NCBI RefSeq assembly: GCF_963921235.1
Contig: NC_086115.1
Coordinates: forward strand, 39,556,001-39,620,000
DNA: 64,000 bases
Origin: Mobula hypostoma
Lineage: Eukaryota
Direction of reading: 5' to 3'
The position numbers and the translations under genes are program-made. Below are positions 11,561 through 25,120 of this stretch, piece after piece. How positions within the stretch are numbered: the first letter of the stretch is position 1; every line of letters starts with the position of its first letter. The notes below the pieces were generated by a model, which made no database searches, had not been told where the DNA came from, and was given only the letters and a program-made list of their open reading frames with translations.

Positions 11561-13153
11561 GATTTCTTGTCATCCATTATACCCAGCTGCAATATACCTC
11601 AAGTATATAGTTGGTCTCATCTGCTCAACTTTCCTATCTGTTTTCATCTAATGTCGAAGCATTTTATTGTAACTCGGGGGTGACCATGTGCTACATTACA
11701 AGGCCCTAAATCATTGCAGCAACATATTTTAAGATTTTTATTAATGTATGAAATATTTCTTTCTTTGTTTCAGCTTTGCTTCATAAACTTCCCTTTGCTG
11801 ATGTTTACTTTGGTTAGGTTTTTATTTTTACCCTCTTGGTCATAATCTGCCAGAACAGACCGTGACAGCCTTCCCCATTCTACCCCCAACCCCAAGGATT
11901 AAAGCACCTGTCAGATTTCATCCTGCTTTTTCCAGTGAAGATCAGTGAGGGTTATGAATGATCCAGATTCATTCCACCAATTGTCCAGTTGGATGGGCAG
12001 AAATCCGTTCCATATTTTGGGAGGTAGAGAGAATGTATTTGCAAGACAGAGGGTTCTAATGGCTAGAGAATATACATGATTGGTGTATATCTGGTGTTGA
12101 GAAAGGGAACAAATATGTGACGGCTAATTAACATAGAATTTTTCCAGCTTTAATCAACATCAGATTAATTAGCTGCAAAGTGTATTACTTTGACTTTTAC
12201 ATTTCTATTGATATGGCTTATGGAGGATAAACAGTGACTAATATAGGATATCTCTTGCAAAGTAAAACAGCTGGAAATAGTACAACATTTTACAGCCATT
12301 GTCTATATTGAATTTCTATAATATTGGATCACTGTTTCAAAGCTTTTAGTGTATAGAAATATCAGTGTTACTTCTTATCTACTTAATGAAAGTCTTGTTG
12401 AGAAGACAAAGCAGGCTGAAGAGGGAGATGCAATGATTTTAGGATTATTAAATATTGCTTAAGAAAATTATTGTATTCTTGTGCAATTTGGAAAGCGTTA
12501 CCCCTTTAATTCCAGTCACCATTAAGTATATATACTAATATATAAAAAGCAGATTTCTATGACTGGATTTTCTACCGTTAAAATACATGGTTATATTGTG
12601 CACATGTTACATAACTTCCATACATTACTTATAAAGTGATTGGTGTGAAAATTTTAGCTCCAGTTGTCCAGCAACATTATGTGCACTGCTTGGGCATGTC
12701 AGGTAGTTACAGTGTGTGTTTGTGTGTTGAACAGCCATTTTTATAAATGTGGCTCCATGAGCAGCTCCGAGCTTTGAATTAGTTCTTTTAATAGCTCCTC
12801 TCCTTTCTGGCCTCCTGATGGTACTGATCACATCCCCCTGTCCCGGCACATTCCGTGGTCTGAAACTGCAACTCCCTGACCTGCACCATCTCTAGCTCCC
12901 CTATTTCTGCCCAGCCAAATCTCTGATTGCCCCTGACCCTAGCCCCTTACTCTAAGCCCTAATATGACACAAAACAGGACCTGTGACTGAAGCCCCAACC
13001 TGATCTCTGACTCAACCCATGAATAAGATTCTGATCCCTAGCTGAGCCCTGAACCCTGATCCAGGACCCAATAAAACACCTGACTCAATCCTTGAATAAA
13101 AAATACCTTAACATGCTCCCCATCATCCAAGTGATGAAAATTTCTCTAACTTA

Positions 13154-14012
13154 TGTTACGTACCCCGTAACTGGGTTGCCAAACCAGCAGAAATGGATCA
13201 CTCAGTTGGAGTCTGGAGTACTAGAACTAAGAAAGTTTTATTAAAGAAACAAGCAACACAGTAATCGAAAGGATAATAAATGCAACAATTCAACAATGAT
13301 AACCACACATGTGCACAGAATTAAGATAACAGCATCAATCAAGCTCTATCGTTGTCTAGGGGTAAATGACCAATTTCAAAATGACTCAAAGTTCAGTCCA
13401 GTTAATAGTCCAGTTCGCAGTAATCGTTGCCATGGCGATGGACAAGGTGGGGGAAGAGAGACATAGAATAGGAACAACTGATCATTCAGAACGGCTTCAC
13501 TCACAGACCAGCGAGATGGCTCACAAACAGCATTTGGGCGGGTCCTTGGTGATGTCACCTGAGGTCACCGACTGTGACCCCTCCTCCAGATGCGGTCGAT
13601 CCTCTGCAGTGAACCCGGCACCCAGGCAAGGGCGGACACACACCGGGTTCCCGCTGATCGTACCTTTCCACCCTTGTCGTTGTCTGGCACTTCTCACCCA
13701 CTCGTGAGAGGCGCACCGCTTCCAGGGTCTCGTTACCTTGGGTGGCGTGTGTGTCTGTCTTAGCGAACCTGTCCCTTTTTATCCCCCTGCTGGGGTATCG
13801 CCTGTCCATCACTTCAAACAGTTCAGGGTTCAAAGGGGGGAGCCGCTCCAGACAGCTCTCTCTCCCACATCCCTTCATTACACATCTCCAGACACTGCTC
13901 CATTGTTCCTTATCTCTCCTTCCCCTGAGGGCAGGTGGCAGACCAACTGCTGATGCCACTGATGCTAGCCCAGGCCAGCAAACATCTTAATTTTATGTGT
14001 ATTCTCGTAACA
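13154..14012 (-). mobile_element. Solo LTR, copy 1 (859 bp)
   Basis: Termini TGTTACG...CGTAACA, minus-strand AATAAA ~85 nt from its 3' end, ~98% identical to 51548-52407. No matching TSD. Confidence 0.9.
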
Positions 14013-14699
14013 CTCTCCATAACTGCGCCCCTGTTCCATTCTTCCTGCTTTTATTGAAGCCCTGCCTTAGGCCTGAGCCCTTGAGCTTCCAGCCCTTCCA
14101 ACCTACGACCCCTGAGACCCAGCTTCATATTTGCCTGATTCCATCCTTTACACTCAATGCAATAGCATAGTGTGCAAATGAAAATGTATAAGGCATGATT
14201 TGATATTTGTTGGATGCTGCTGAATATTATTCAGGTTGGTCTGCAACTAAGATATTGATTGGTGTTTTGAGCGATGGCACTTCAATGTCTCACTCAGACT
14301 GAATAAATTTCAATGCTAAGACTGTAAAAATAATAATTTATTTATTAAAAAATACCATAATCTTCGGTAAAAATCATTGTTTAGTTGTAGGCTGGGAAAT
14401 CTGATGCCATTCCAGTTAATATTCTAATTTACACTTGAAGGTTTAGATTCTGCTGTCTAGAAATGTATCTCCAGAGGAGATCGCATGGCAGCATATGATA
14501 TACTATTGACATTAACTTTGGCAGAACTGAATTCCAGCAGAATGCGTAACCACAATTCTCTCTTATATTTAATGCTAGTGATTGAGGATGAATTCCTAGT
14601 TAGCTGTATAAGTGGAAAGTTTTCACTCTGATTGGTTGATGAGGTGTACTTGTGCTTACTCTGCTTGATTTAGGTTTGGCCAAGGCTACTTGAATCCAA

Positions 14700-15275
14700 A
14701 CTCTAGTCCGTGCATATACCAAAGAACTGAATTCAAAAGATGAGGAATAAGTGACTGCCATTGATATCAAAGCAGCGATTGACCTAGTGTGATATCAATG
14801 AGCCCTGACAAACCTGAAGTCAATTAGTACCAAGTGGAAAGGGTCATGCCTTCCAGAAAGGTGAATTGGTTGTGGTTGATGGGAGTCAATTATCACAGCT
14901 CCAATACAACAGGGGCTCCTTAGGGCATTGACCTAGTCCCAATCGTCTTCAGCTACTTTACGAATGAGATTCATTCTATGATAAGGTCAGAAGTGGGGAG
15001 CACCTCTGGTGATTGTACAATGTTCATTTCCATTCTCAATTCCTAAATGAGCATGTAGCAAGACATGACAACATTCATGAGCAAATATGTGTTACGTAAC
15101 ATTCAGGTTACCAGCATTGTGGAATGACTATGTTCATTGAGAGAGTGTCTAATCACCTACTCTTGATGGTCATTTGTAAGGATCCCATTTCATCAATATG
15201 CTGGTGGAGGAAGTGGGGGGTTAAGGGTGTGGTTGGGATTATGGTGGTGAGGGGTTACATTTACCAGAAGCTCTT
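14700..15275 (+). mobile_element. Old CR1-like LINE, left part (host of the Gypsy element)
   Basis: RT remnant resembling ALDIKAAFD (gccattgatatcaaagcagcgattgac). The same family's 3' end resumes at 19639-19800. Confidence 0.6.
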
Positions 15276-18200
15276 ATGAAACACAATGAGAAAATTTCCA
15301 GACAGAGCCTGGAGATACATGACCTCCAGGTCATTGTTCATCAACCATTGCAGGCACGCAGCCAAAGTCACTCAGGTGAGGCTGTCGGTCACTCTACGGA
15401 GCCTGCCTATCTTTCAACCCCAGAGATATTCGATGGTGATCCAGGTTCTAGCCATGGCTTCCTTATGCAATGCTCATTAGTATCTGGTTCCCTTCACAGC
15501 ACGGAAATGTGGCCTTCATCATCTCTCTTCTGACTGGAACCAGTGTACATTGGGAACATAGGTCAGAGAGTTGCTGAGATTTGGAGGAAATTAGGGTAGC
15601 CATGAGGAAGTTGTTTCATCATCCTGCCGGAACCAGCTGAGCCTCGGACTGCCTGATGAAGATTCGACAGGAGGGACAGTCAGCGACTAACTACACATTT
15701 GAATTCTGAATCTTGGCCCAGGAGAATGGTTGGAATGGGGAGGCCTTGGCCACGGTATACCGCCACGGACTCCAGGATGAACTAAAGGATGAACTAACTT
15801 GGGAGAGCCAGCAGGGGAATTAGAGGTTCTGATTGACCAGTCCATCCATTAATAGTCTGGTTGAGCAAAAGTGGGACCACTTCAGGAGGTTGAAGAGAGC
15901 CAGTCCAAGCCCAGTCCCTATGTACTGCAGTTCCACTCCCCAACCTCGGACCATAACCGGCCCATCACCCACTCAAGATCCAGTCGAACCCATACAGGTC
16001 GGTTGCACCAGGCTCTCCGCCGATGAGATGTCCCAGTGTCGGAGTCGAGGTTACTGCTTTTACTGCAGGGAGGCAGGTCACCTGTGAGCCAAACGTCTGA
16101 AGCTGCAGCTACCTGGGGAACTGCTAAGACCATCCAGTGTCAGGAGGACTCTGATGGTAGCAGCACTACTCCCAATCCCATGAATTCTGGTTTTACACTG
16201 AAGTTGGAGTTCACCTGGGGTAAGAACTTGGGGCAGATGAAGGCTTCTGTGGACTCGGGGGCAGTGGGTAATTTTCTGGATTTAGAAACACCTCTTAGTT
16301 TGACATGCCATGTGAGTGTTGATCCAGTCCTTGCTGGTAACTGTCTTAGATGTCCGACTGCTAGATTCCAGGCAGATCCAGCAACAGGCTGTGGAATTGC
16401 AGATGAGGATAGGGGATCATGTGGAAGACATTAATTTCTACATTATTAACTCTCCACTCATACCTCTGATCCTCGGGCACCCTCAGCTGTCCCAGCGTAA
16501 CCCATCAGTGGGCTGAGGAGAGGGAAGAATCATTGCTTGGACCGGTCATCGTAAGAGGCTTTGTTTATGTCCAACACCCAGACCCTTTCATGACCAGCAA
16601 CCTGTAAGGGGGTGGGCGTCAGTGCGGGGGAGCCTGAGACCTCCTGGAGACCTAGTCCAGTCCTCAAGAGCAAACAAACTGGATCTGGCCAATGGGACAG
16701 TGCAAGTCCCAACCCAGTCTGGTCGGAATCCCTCAAGAACTACAGAGAAGGGATTTCTAGGTCAGGAGAAGATCAAAGAGATGCCCATGAAGTCTGAGAG
16801 ACTTGCTGCTAAGCTGAAGGGAACCGGTAGTCAGGACTCAAGGAAGAGAAAGACTCCTTTATGCAGATCCTTGAAGCCTATTCCCAGGGATGCTCTGTAA
16901 TGTCCCCTTGCTGCTGCCTGTGGAAACAGACAGGGAGTCAGACTCTGATTTGACCACTGTTTCCACAGCTGAACTTCGTGAGCTCAGAGAGAGGACTCTG
17001 AAGCCCATTGAATCACCCTGTCATCAAAAAAGTCTTGGGAGTCGTATTCGAAGGAAGATTCGGAGAGGATAGTATCACTCAAACCGGTGATCCTCCGATG
17101 AACAAAGCAGCAAGGAAATCCTTTCTGTTTACAAGGACTTAGAGGAGGTTTTCCGCAAGGAAAAGGCCTTGACACTCCCATCACAGTGACCCTGCAGCCC
17201 AGTACTTGTCCTCCATGGGATCATTTGTTCACGTTCTCAGGCCCATAGAGAAGCATCATGGAGGAGTATATAACAGAAGCTCTTGCCACGGGCTCCATTC
17301 AGCTCTCTACCTCACTCGCTGGCGCAGGCTTCTTCTCTGTACAAAAGGAAGATGGGAGTTTGTGGCAGTGCATTGATTACAGGGGATTAAAATGCATAAT
17401 GACCAAGAATTGCTATTCCCTTCCTTTTATGAATACAGCTTTCAAGATGCTCCAAGGGGCAAGGGTATTCATAAAATTAAATATAATCTGGTCCATTTCA
17501 TGGAGGGTGATGAGTGGAAGATGGCATTCAATACACCAACAGGGCACTATGAGTACCAGTTTATGCCCTTTGACCTTGCAAACACCCCAGCCATTTTCCA
17601 AGCCTTTATAAAAGACATTCTCTGGGACACTCTCGTAAGTGTGCCTTTGTCTACTTGGATAATATTCTTGTCCTCTCGAAGTCCATGGAGGAGCATGCCG
17701 CTCACGTTAGGGACATTTTAAAGAGGCTACTAATTCATGGACTTTACGTCAAGTTGGAGAAGCCTGAGTTTCATGTGACCACTGTTTCATTTTTGGGTTT
17801 CATCATCTTTAATGGTAATCGTGAGATGGATCCTATCAAGGCCCAGGCAGCCAGAGACTGGCCACCACCAGACGGTATCGAACAGGTCCAACGATTCTTG
17901 GGGTCTGCTTGGTGACAGCTCTTCTGATGGCCCTAACTAAAAAATCCACGGGCCTTTTTTTCTGGACTACTGAAGCAGAGGCTGCTTTTGCAGAGCTTAA
18001 ACAGCAGTTTACTACAGCTCCCATCTTGGTTTCTCCTAACTCAGACCTTCCCTTCATTGTGGAGGTGGGTTCTTCAGACATCGGCGCCATCTTATCTCAA
18101 CGATCACCTTCACACAGCAAACTGCACCCGTGTTCATTCCTCTCCAGACAGTTAACCCAGCAGAGAGGAACTATGACATCGGGAATCAGGAGTTTCTTGC

Positions 18201-19638
18201 GGTTAAGTTAGCTTTGGAAGAATGGTGTCATTGGCTGGAGGGGGCCAAAAGCCATTTAATTGTTTGGACTGACCATAAGAACCTGGCCTATATTCAGGAG
18301 GCCAAGAGGCTGAATTCCAAGCAGGCCATGTGGTCTTTTTGTTTTAACCGGTTTAATTTTATCCTGACCTATCTGTGGGGTCTAAGAATCAGAAGCCGGA
18401 TGCCTTGTCCTGTCAGTGTGATGAATCAGATCAAGAGGAGCAGCCTACCACCATTTTGCCCCAATTCATTGGGGCATCTTTGCTCTTGTTCAGAAAATCC
18501 AAGCACAAGGGGAAATTCCTGACAACGGTCCTCTGGGTTGGCTGTTTGTCCCGAGTTCTGTCCAGTCCCAGGCACCTCAGTGGGGGCAATCGTCAAGAAT
18601 AACCACACACCTTGGGATGGCCAGGACGCTCGAATTTATCAAGAGGAGGTATTGGTGGCCTGGAATGATGAAAGAGTTTTGGTAGTACATGCAGGCATGC
18701 AAGGTGTGCGCCCAGAACAAGGAGCACCATACCTGACCTCAAGGGCTCCTCCACCCCAACCCGTTCCAAGAGACCTTGGGCACATATCTCCATGGACTTC
18801 GTTACGGGTCTCCAGACATCCAAGGGAAAATCGGTCATCATGGTGGTTGACGATCAGTTTTGAAAGTCGGGAAGTTCATTGCCTTGGAGAAGCTACCTTC
18901 CACTGCAGAGATGGCCGAGATTGTCCCGGACCCGGTCTTCAGGATCCACTGATTCCCAGCGGACATTGTCTCGGATCATAGTCCACAATTCTCATCGCAT
19001 ATCTGGAGGGCTTTCTGTAAACTGAATGGGGGAACAGCAAGCCTTTCCTCTGGGTTTCACCCACAGTCCAATGGCCAGACCAAATGGACCAACCAAGAAT
19101 GAGAACATACCCTGGAGATGACTACCCCACCTTCCACATCTCTAAATTAAAATTTGTCTGCACCAGCCCCTTAGCCCCACTATCATCGGGTCCACCACCA
19201 CCTAGGTTTATGGATGGGTAGCAGGTCTTCACGGTGAAGAGACTTTTGGACCAGCATACATCCTGAGTCCAACACTTATCTACAACCAGCGCCATTAGGA
19301 GTCGGCCGTAGGGGAATGGGTCCTGTTACAAGATGCTCCCAACCACGCCAGCTTCCGAGATTTAAACACTGTAACTCTCCAAATTACGGATAGCTGGTGA
19401 GGCCTCCTTGGAGGCTTTGGGCATTTCTGTTAATTGATAATCACGTTTTGGGTGCCAAGAATTGAGTATTTAAGGAACACCTAAACATAGGTTCAATGCT
19501 CAATCGTAAGCTTATTAGTGATATCGTCTAGCGTTTGATTTGTCCTCTGATTCAGTTTAGTACCGTGCCTCAAACCTTGCTTCGGATACCTCAGCTTTTG
19601 GGTCCGAACCATTCTCGTCAAGGTCTTTCGTCACAACA
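15276..19638 (+). mobile_element. Decayed Ty3/Gypsy (sushi-like chromovirus) retrotransposon without 5' LTR
   Basis: Gag PEIFDGDPG, CCHC knuckle CFYCREAGH, protease VDSGAVGNF, RT CIDYRGL and [19 protein letters not shown], RNase [22 protein letters not shown], integrase remnants, chromodomain start QVFTVKRLLD. Many stops and frameshifts. Confidence 0.92.
19324..19638 (+). repeat. 3' LTR of the Gypsy element
   Basis: Follows purine tract AGGGGAATGGG (19310-19320); termini TGTT...AACA. Confidence 0.65.
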
Positions 19639-19800
19639 GGTCCCCTCCAAACTGCAAACCATTCTTACTTGGAAATAAATTGTTCTCCCTTCGTCTAAAT
19701 CTTGGAACTGAATGCACTGTGTGAGGACCTTTAGCAGAAAGACTGCAGTAGCTTTTAGGAAGGAGGCTGACAACCACCTACTCAAGAGCAGCAGGGAGTG
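19639..19800 (+). mobile_element. Old CR1-like LINE 3' end, right part
   Basis: gactgcagtagcttttaggaaggaggctgacaaccacctactcaag is the counterpart of the minus-strand copy at ~55440-55480. Confidence 0.55.
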
Positions 19801-20705
19801 TCCTCAGCAGGTCCTTTGTTTTAACATATTTTTAAAAAAATTGCTCCATGATTCCATCAGTTGCTCAAAAATTGTTTACACATTTTTATGGATTTTATCA
19901 GGTATTTATTACTGCTATGTACAGCCTGAAAAACATATTATTCCCACTAATCCATTAAATACCCTTCAAGGAATGTTGGTGGACTGAATTTTCTTTATCT
20001 CCTTAAGTAATTTCCATACCAATTCCAGGTCAACCCAGTATCTGACTCTACCTTGGCACTTGGAATGAAAATCTATCCATAAAAAATTAACAAGATTACA
20101 TACCATTTAAAGGAATAAAAAAAATAATATATATGCACTAACAGGGCTTGCTGCTGTGTTCTGGGAATGGCACTGTAAATTAGTAATTGAAATATCAAAA
20201 ATTATTTTAGTCACTCCAGTACATATGAACATGTAGGAGGCAGCTTTGCATCAAGGAAGTTAAATGCTTAAATATTGATTTGGAATATAGATTCCATATC
20301 CATATTTGAAAATGATATTTGAATTTATGAACTATATCACATACATATTCAAATATATATATAATGTAAAATAATTAAATTTTAGAATTCTATAACCCAG
20401 AAGAAACACCTTGCAAAACAAAACCTGGAGTATCAATCATATTTTGTTACATGTTTTCACGACCTGGGAGTGTAAATTTGACTTCATTCCTGGTGTGAAT
20501 CAGAAGGTCATAGTAAAAGTAATTCTCCACTAGATTTCACAGTGCACAAGAACAAGTTAAATGTGTATAATTATATCAGAGCAGATACATGTCCAGGTAC
20601 ATGGGGTAGTGGGTAGTGGCTCCATATTGTCACTACTACAGGGCGTGATGACCCTGTCTTACACGAGTCCTGGGCTCAGCTGGTTCCGGCTGACAGTACC
20701 CGGAA

Positions 20706-21957
20706 TGATAAAAATAGATACTCCCGTTGTTTTATTTTGACAAGTGGCATGATATTGAAGGCCCTTCCACATTTAAAAAAGTCTATTTTGATCGCCCGTT
20801 CTGATATGCGTTTCTTGAGCGAAAATTATATCGGGTTGGAATCGATTAATAATTTTAAAAGTCTTCTTTCGCTTAATTGGATGATTCCAGCCATGTATGT
20901 TCCAACTAATAACGTTTATCTGTTTAACTACCATAAAATATTTTTAACACATAAATACACGCATACCAAAGCAGGCTAATCAACAATGGCGGTGATAAGT
21001 ATAACCATATAGAAAACACGCATGCTCCGGAACTCCGTAATGGGAAAAAATACAATAAAAAAAAACTAAAGTTAATCCTATAATGAAACCTATAGTTGAA
21101 AACTAACCCCAATCCTCCCACCATCCCAAAAGCCAGAAATCCGGCAAAGAAAAAGAAAAAGCCGGAATGTGACCTCATAGAAAAATAAAAAAGAAACAGA
21201 ACTCCGCGAGCTGCCCAATTTATAATAATGCTTTTAAAAGTTTTCCTTAATTCCCCCCCTTTACAAAAAAAAACACACAGCCCTAAAATAAGAAAGCCCT
21301 TCAGAGGAAAAAAAAGATGTTTATGCTTAATCATTAAAAATATACTGGGGAATGCAAAAACAATCTCCAAAGACATCAAAACAATAAAATTAAACCTAAA
21401 CAAAAAGAAAAATGTCTATGTAATCTCTGACGAAGAAAAATCGGCGCCATTATCCCTTTGACTTACTGCCCAATAAAAAACTGTTTTTAGAAGAAAAACT
21501 GAGACTAATTATCTATCTACTAAGCACTCCTCACTATATATATAAGACCTTATAAACTATGAAAACTATCACTTAATTAATGAAGAAAAGGAAGGATAAA
21601 AGCAAAGAATCAAACCAGTTAACAATCTGTTCGCTGTGTTAATCCACTCAGTGTACCAAACAGGTTTCGAAAAAGTCATTCATCAGTCAAATCAAGAAGT
21701 TCACATCTTCTTTAAATGGTCCATCTTCAACATATCCGAAATCTTCAAAGCTTGTTTTCTTTCAGAAAATTATTCAGAAGACCTAATGCCATTCAAATCT
21801 CAGCCACCTCCAAAATAGAATTAACATAGTCCAATGCCGCTTTGGGATCCAGAAAAACACGTGGATTGGAATCTTTAGGAAATAATTTTAATCGGGCTGG
21901 ATAGCGAAGTGGTGGGAATAGTGCCTTATCATGGGGTATCTTCATAGCTGGGACAAA
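20706..21957 (-). mobile_element. Internal L1 fragment: ORF1 C-terminus, 858-nt spacer, ORF2 endonuclease N-terminus
   Basis: ORF1 end LRYPARLKLFPKDSNPRVFLDPKAALDYVNSILEVAEI* (stop 21793-21795). ORF2 ATG at 20934: MVVKQINVISWNIHGWNHPIKRKK...PDIIFAQETH (APE motifs). Confidence 0.9.
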
Positions 21958-22669
21958 CGTGAGGACCCAAAAATATCAAGTACCTGAATTTCTTGCTTGT
22001 TTGCAGAAGGAACTCATTAATATCAGAATCTCCAATGTTCTAAGACACAGCAAAAATCACCTTGAGGCACAGACTACCCCGCGATGGAAGAAGGAGCACT
22101 TGTTTGATCCTGACCTGCACCAGAATCATAGAATCAAAGCATGGAAACACTGATTATTAATGCACAGAATTGTCCTTCATGTGAACATATGAGGGGAGAT
22201 ATCAAAAATATATTCTTGGGCTAAGATGGTGACAGACTTGGCAAGTGGTTGCCCAGATTCTGTGTACTAATGCAGCATTATGGCTGGGGTATTAGGGATA
22301 TGGCCGCCCACACAAATCATTAAATTTGGGATATTTTCCAGATGGGCCAGTTCCATCAACAGGAGAGGATTAAAAGTCCAGGGATTTTCTGTTCACAATT
22401 CTATCACAGATGAAGACCATGGTAAAATTTAACTGGTCCCAACTGAAGAAACGTGTATTTATCTAGATAGATAGATAAATACTATACTGATCCCAAAGGA
22501 AATGACAGTATCTCAGTAGCATTGTAAGTGCATTCTATTCCATGTATGTGGAAATGCTCATATGTATCCATCACTGGGATTGGGTATAAAATAGGTGGGG
22601 AATCCACAAGAGACATTTTTTCATCTGGATCAATCTGAATTCCGGCAAAAATTCAGGAATGCTGAATGA

Positions 22670-22950
22670 TTATTTATTTATGTATTTATTGAGATACAGC
22701 GTGGAATAGACCCTCCCGGCCCTTTGCTCCACGTCGCCCAGCAATCCCCCTGATTTAATCCTAGTCTAATCACAGGACAATTTACAATGATCAATTAACC
22801 TACCAACCAGCACATCATTGCACTGTGGGAGGAAACCAGAGCACCCAGAGGAAACCCACGCAGTGACGGGGAGAACGTACAAACTCCTTGCAGGCAGCAG
22901 TGGGAATAGAACCCAGGTCGCCTATACTGTAAAGCATTGAGCTAGCCAAT
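22670..22950 (-). mobile_element. V-SINE-type tRNA-derived SINE
   Basis: Core gtgggaggaaaccagagcacccagaggaaacccacgca...gggagaacgtacaaactcc with (ATTT)n tail. Confidence 0.8.
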
Positions 22951-23989
22951 GTTGTTTGTCAAGTGTGATGTATGAGTAAGTAAAAACGTTTAACAGAAGT
23001 TGCACCTCACTGCAGTGATCTTCACCCATTTTCAACACCATATGACAGCTATTTCACCAGCATTAAACAGTGCGGTCAATCCATCTCTTTTACCAATCCC
23101 CTCTCTCTGTTTTTGTGCCAAAGAGCAAAAAAACATCAAACACCCATTTTGCCCAATCTGCTTCCTGCAATTGTAAAAGGACATTAAAAATGAGCTTCAA
23201 TATTGCTGTGCTAGTAACGCTTATTCAGGGCAGGACTTTGTGAGTCCCACTGGATTTCTGTCCATCAGCTTTTGTGAGACGAATATTTAAAAAAAGGTCA
23301 AGGATAATCCCTGTATATTATCTCTTTGAAGAGCTGGAAACTGGATATTTTTGGCTGTTTACTGTTTTCCAGAGCTGTATATTTGGCAACTTACACAAAA
23401 TTGTGAACATCTACTTTGGCACTCTCTGATGCCACTTAATAAATTTAGTTTTTTATTTTCCTATTTATAACAGCGAATACACCTAAGAAATGCATCAGCT
23501 ACAAGTGTTCTAGGATTGAAGGGCTTTCTAACTCTGTAGTTATTCTGCACTCTGCCTATGCTTAGGACCTGTCTTGACACGAGAGTTACCTTCAGCCCCC
23601 CTGCTGCATCTCCTATATCAACACCTCTCCAGAATTTGTTAGAAAGGAAGGAAGTCTTCACCACTACCTTTACCTCACATTTTCTCCAAGGATATGCAAG
23701 CTTTTACACAAGAAAAGATTCTTCCTCAAGTTAACTGATAAAACCACTCTACTCCCTGTGTAATGAGCAGTATTCCTTCAAGAACTCATGTCTTCTCCAG
23801 TTCTTCACTTTATCCAGCCTCCATTGTTAACTCACATGAAGAATTTGAAATCACCTTAGGGACTGACCTCAAAATTTTCACTAGATCTTCAAATTGAGAA
23901 AAGATGGCTCCAAATACAAATAAACACAAATATTTAAGCACCTGTACTTGGAATGTTTCTCAAAATGATACCTCTGCATCACTTAGTAC

Positions 23990-24280
23990 AGAAAGAGTCT
24001 TTCTGCCTGACCATGAAATTCAATGGCATGTCTATCATTAAGTTTCTTGTGATTAACATGCAGGATGATTCACTTGACATGAAAACCACATTAATACTGT
24101 GGCCAAATCAGGAGCTTCCATGAGGGACTCTCTCCACATTTTCCCAAAGTCCTTCCATCATCGACAAGACACAAACTAGCTGTGAGATGGAATACTTCCA
24201 CTTACGTGGATTAGTGCAACTCAAGCAATGCTCAGGAATCACAATACTTTTCAGAAGAAAATGACTGTTTGATTGGCAAG
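23990..24280 (+). mobile_element. Old CR1-like fragment
   Basis: Similar to the family at 15100-15275 and 55430-56240. Confidence 0.4.
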
Positions 24281-24283
24281 CCT

Positions 24284-25120
24284 ACCCATTGCTAAACATT
24301 TTAAGTTCCTTGGCATACATATCACTGAGGATCTCACATGGTCTGTATATACTGACTGTGTGGTGAAAAAGGCAAAACACCTCTTTCAGCTCAGATGGTT
24401 GAAGAAATTTGGTATTGAATTGAATGATCTTTATTGTCATTATACATAGGTACAATGAAACTTTGTTTGGCTTCCTCTCAGACAATTAAATAAAGCGGTA
24501 GATAAAAACAAGACAGTAATAGAAAAACAGTATTAAATAGATAAGTAGCAGAAAATAAGTTGCAGCAGCATCAGAATATCACAGTAATGCACAAAGTGCC
24601 ATTAGTGCAAGTATTTGAGTCCTTGTGTGTGAGCCCCCAAATCCTAAGAAACTTCTACAGGGGCACAGTTGAGAGCATCCTGACTGGCTGCATCTCGGCC
24701 TGGTATGGGAACTGTACTTCCCTCAATCACAGGACTCTGCAGGGAGTGGTGTGGACAGCCCAGCACATCTGTAGATGTGAACTTCCCACTATTCAGAACA
24801 TTTACAAAGACAGGTGTGTAAAAAGGGCCTGAAGGATCATTGGAGACTTGAGTCACCCCAACTGCTACCATCCGGGAAACGGTACCGCAGCATAAGAGCC
24901 AGGGCCAACATGCTCCGGGACAGCTTCTTCCACTAGGCCATCAGACTGATTAATTCATGCTAATACAATTGGATTTCTATGTTATATTGACTGTCCTATT
25001 GTACATACTATTATAAATTACTATAAATTGCACATTGGACATTTAGACGGAGACGTAATATAAAGATTTTTACTTCTCATGTATATGAAGAGTGCAAGTA
25101 ATAAAGTCAATTCAATTCAA
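24284..25120 (+). mobile_element. L2 3' portion, with an antisense L2 tail nested at ~24413-24628
   Basis: ILRNFYRGTVESILTGCISAWYGNC (ORF 24560-24832); tail caattcaattcaa. Confidence 0.85.

Noticed and set aside
13555-13959. 134-aa ORF repeated at 51950-52354, plus overlapping 82-aa ORFs, looking like a duplicated gene
   Set aside because: Both lie wholly within the ~98% identical solo LTRs. Conservation follows from repeat identity, and no protein motif is recognisable.
20924-21403. 159-aa hydrophobic minus-strand ORF resembling a membrane protein
   Set aside because: It is the T-rich L1 inter-ORF spacer; Phe/Leu richness is compositional.
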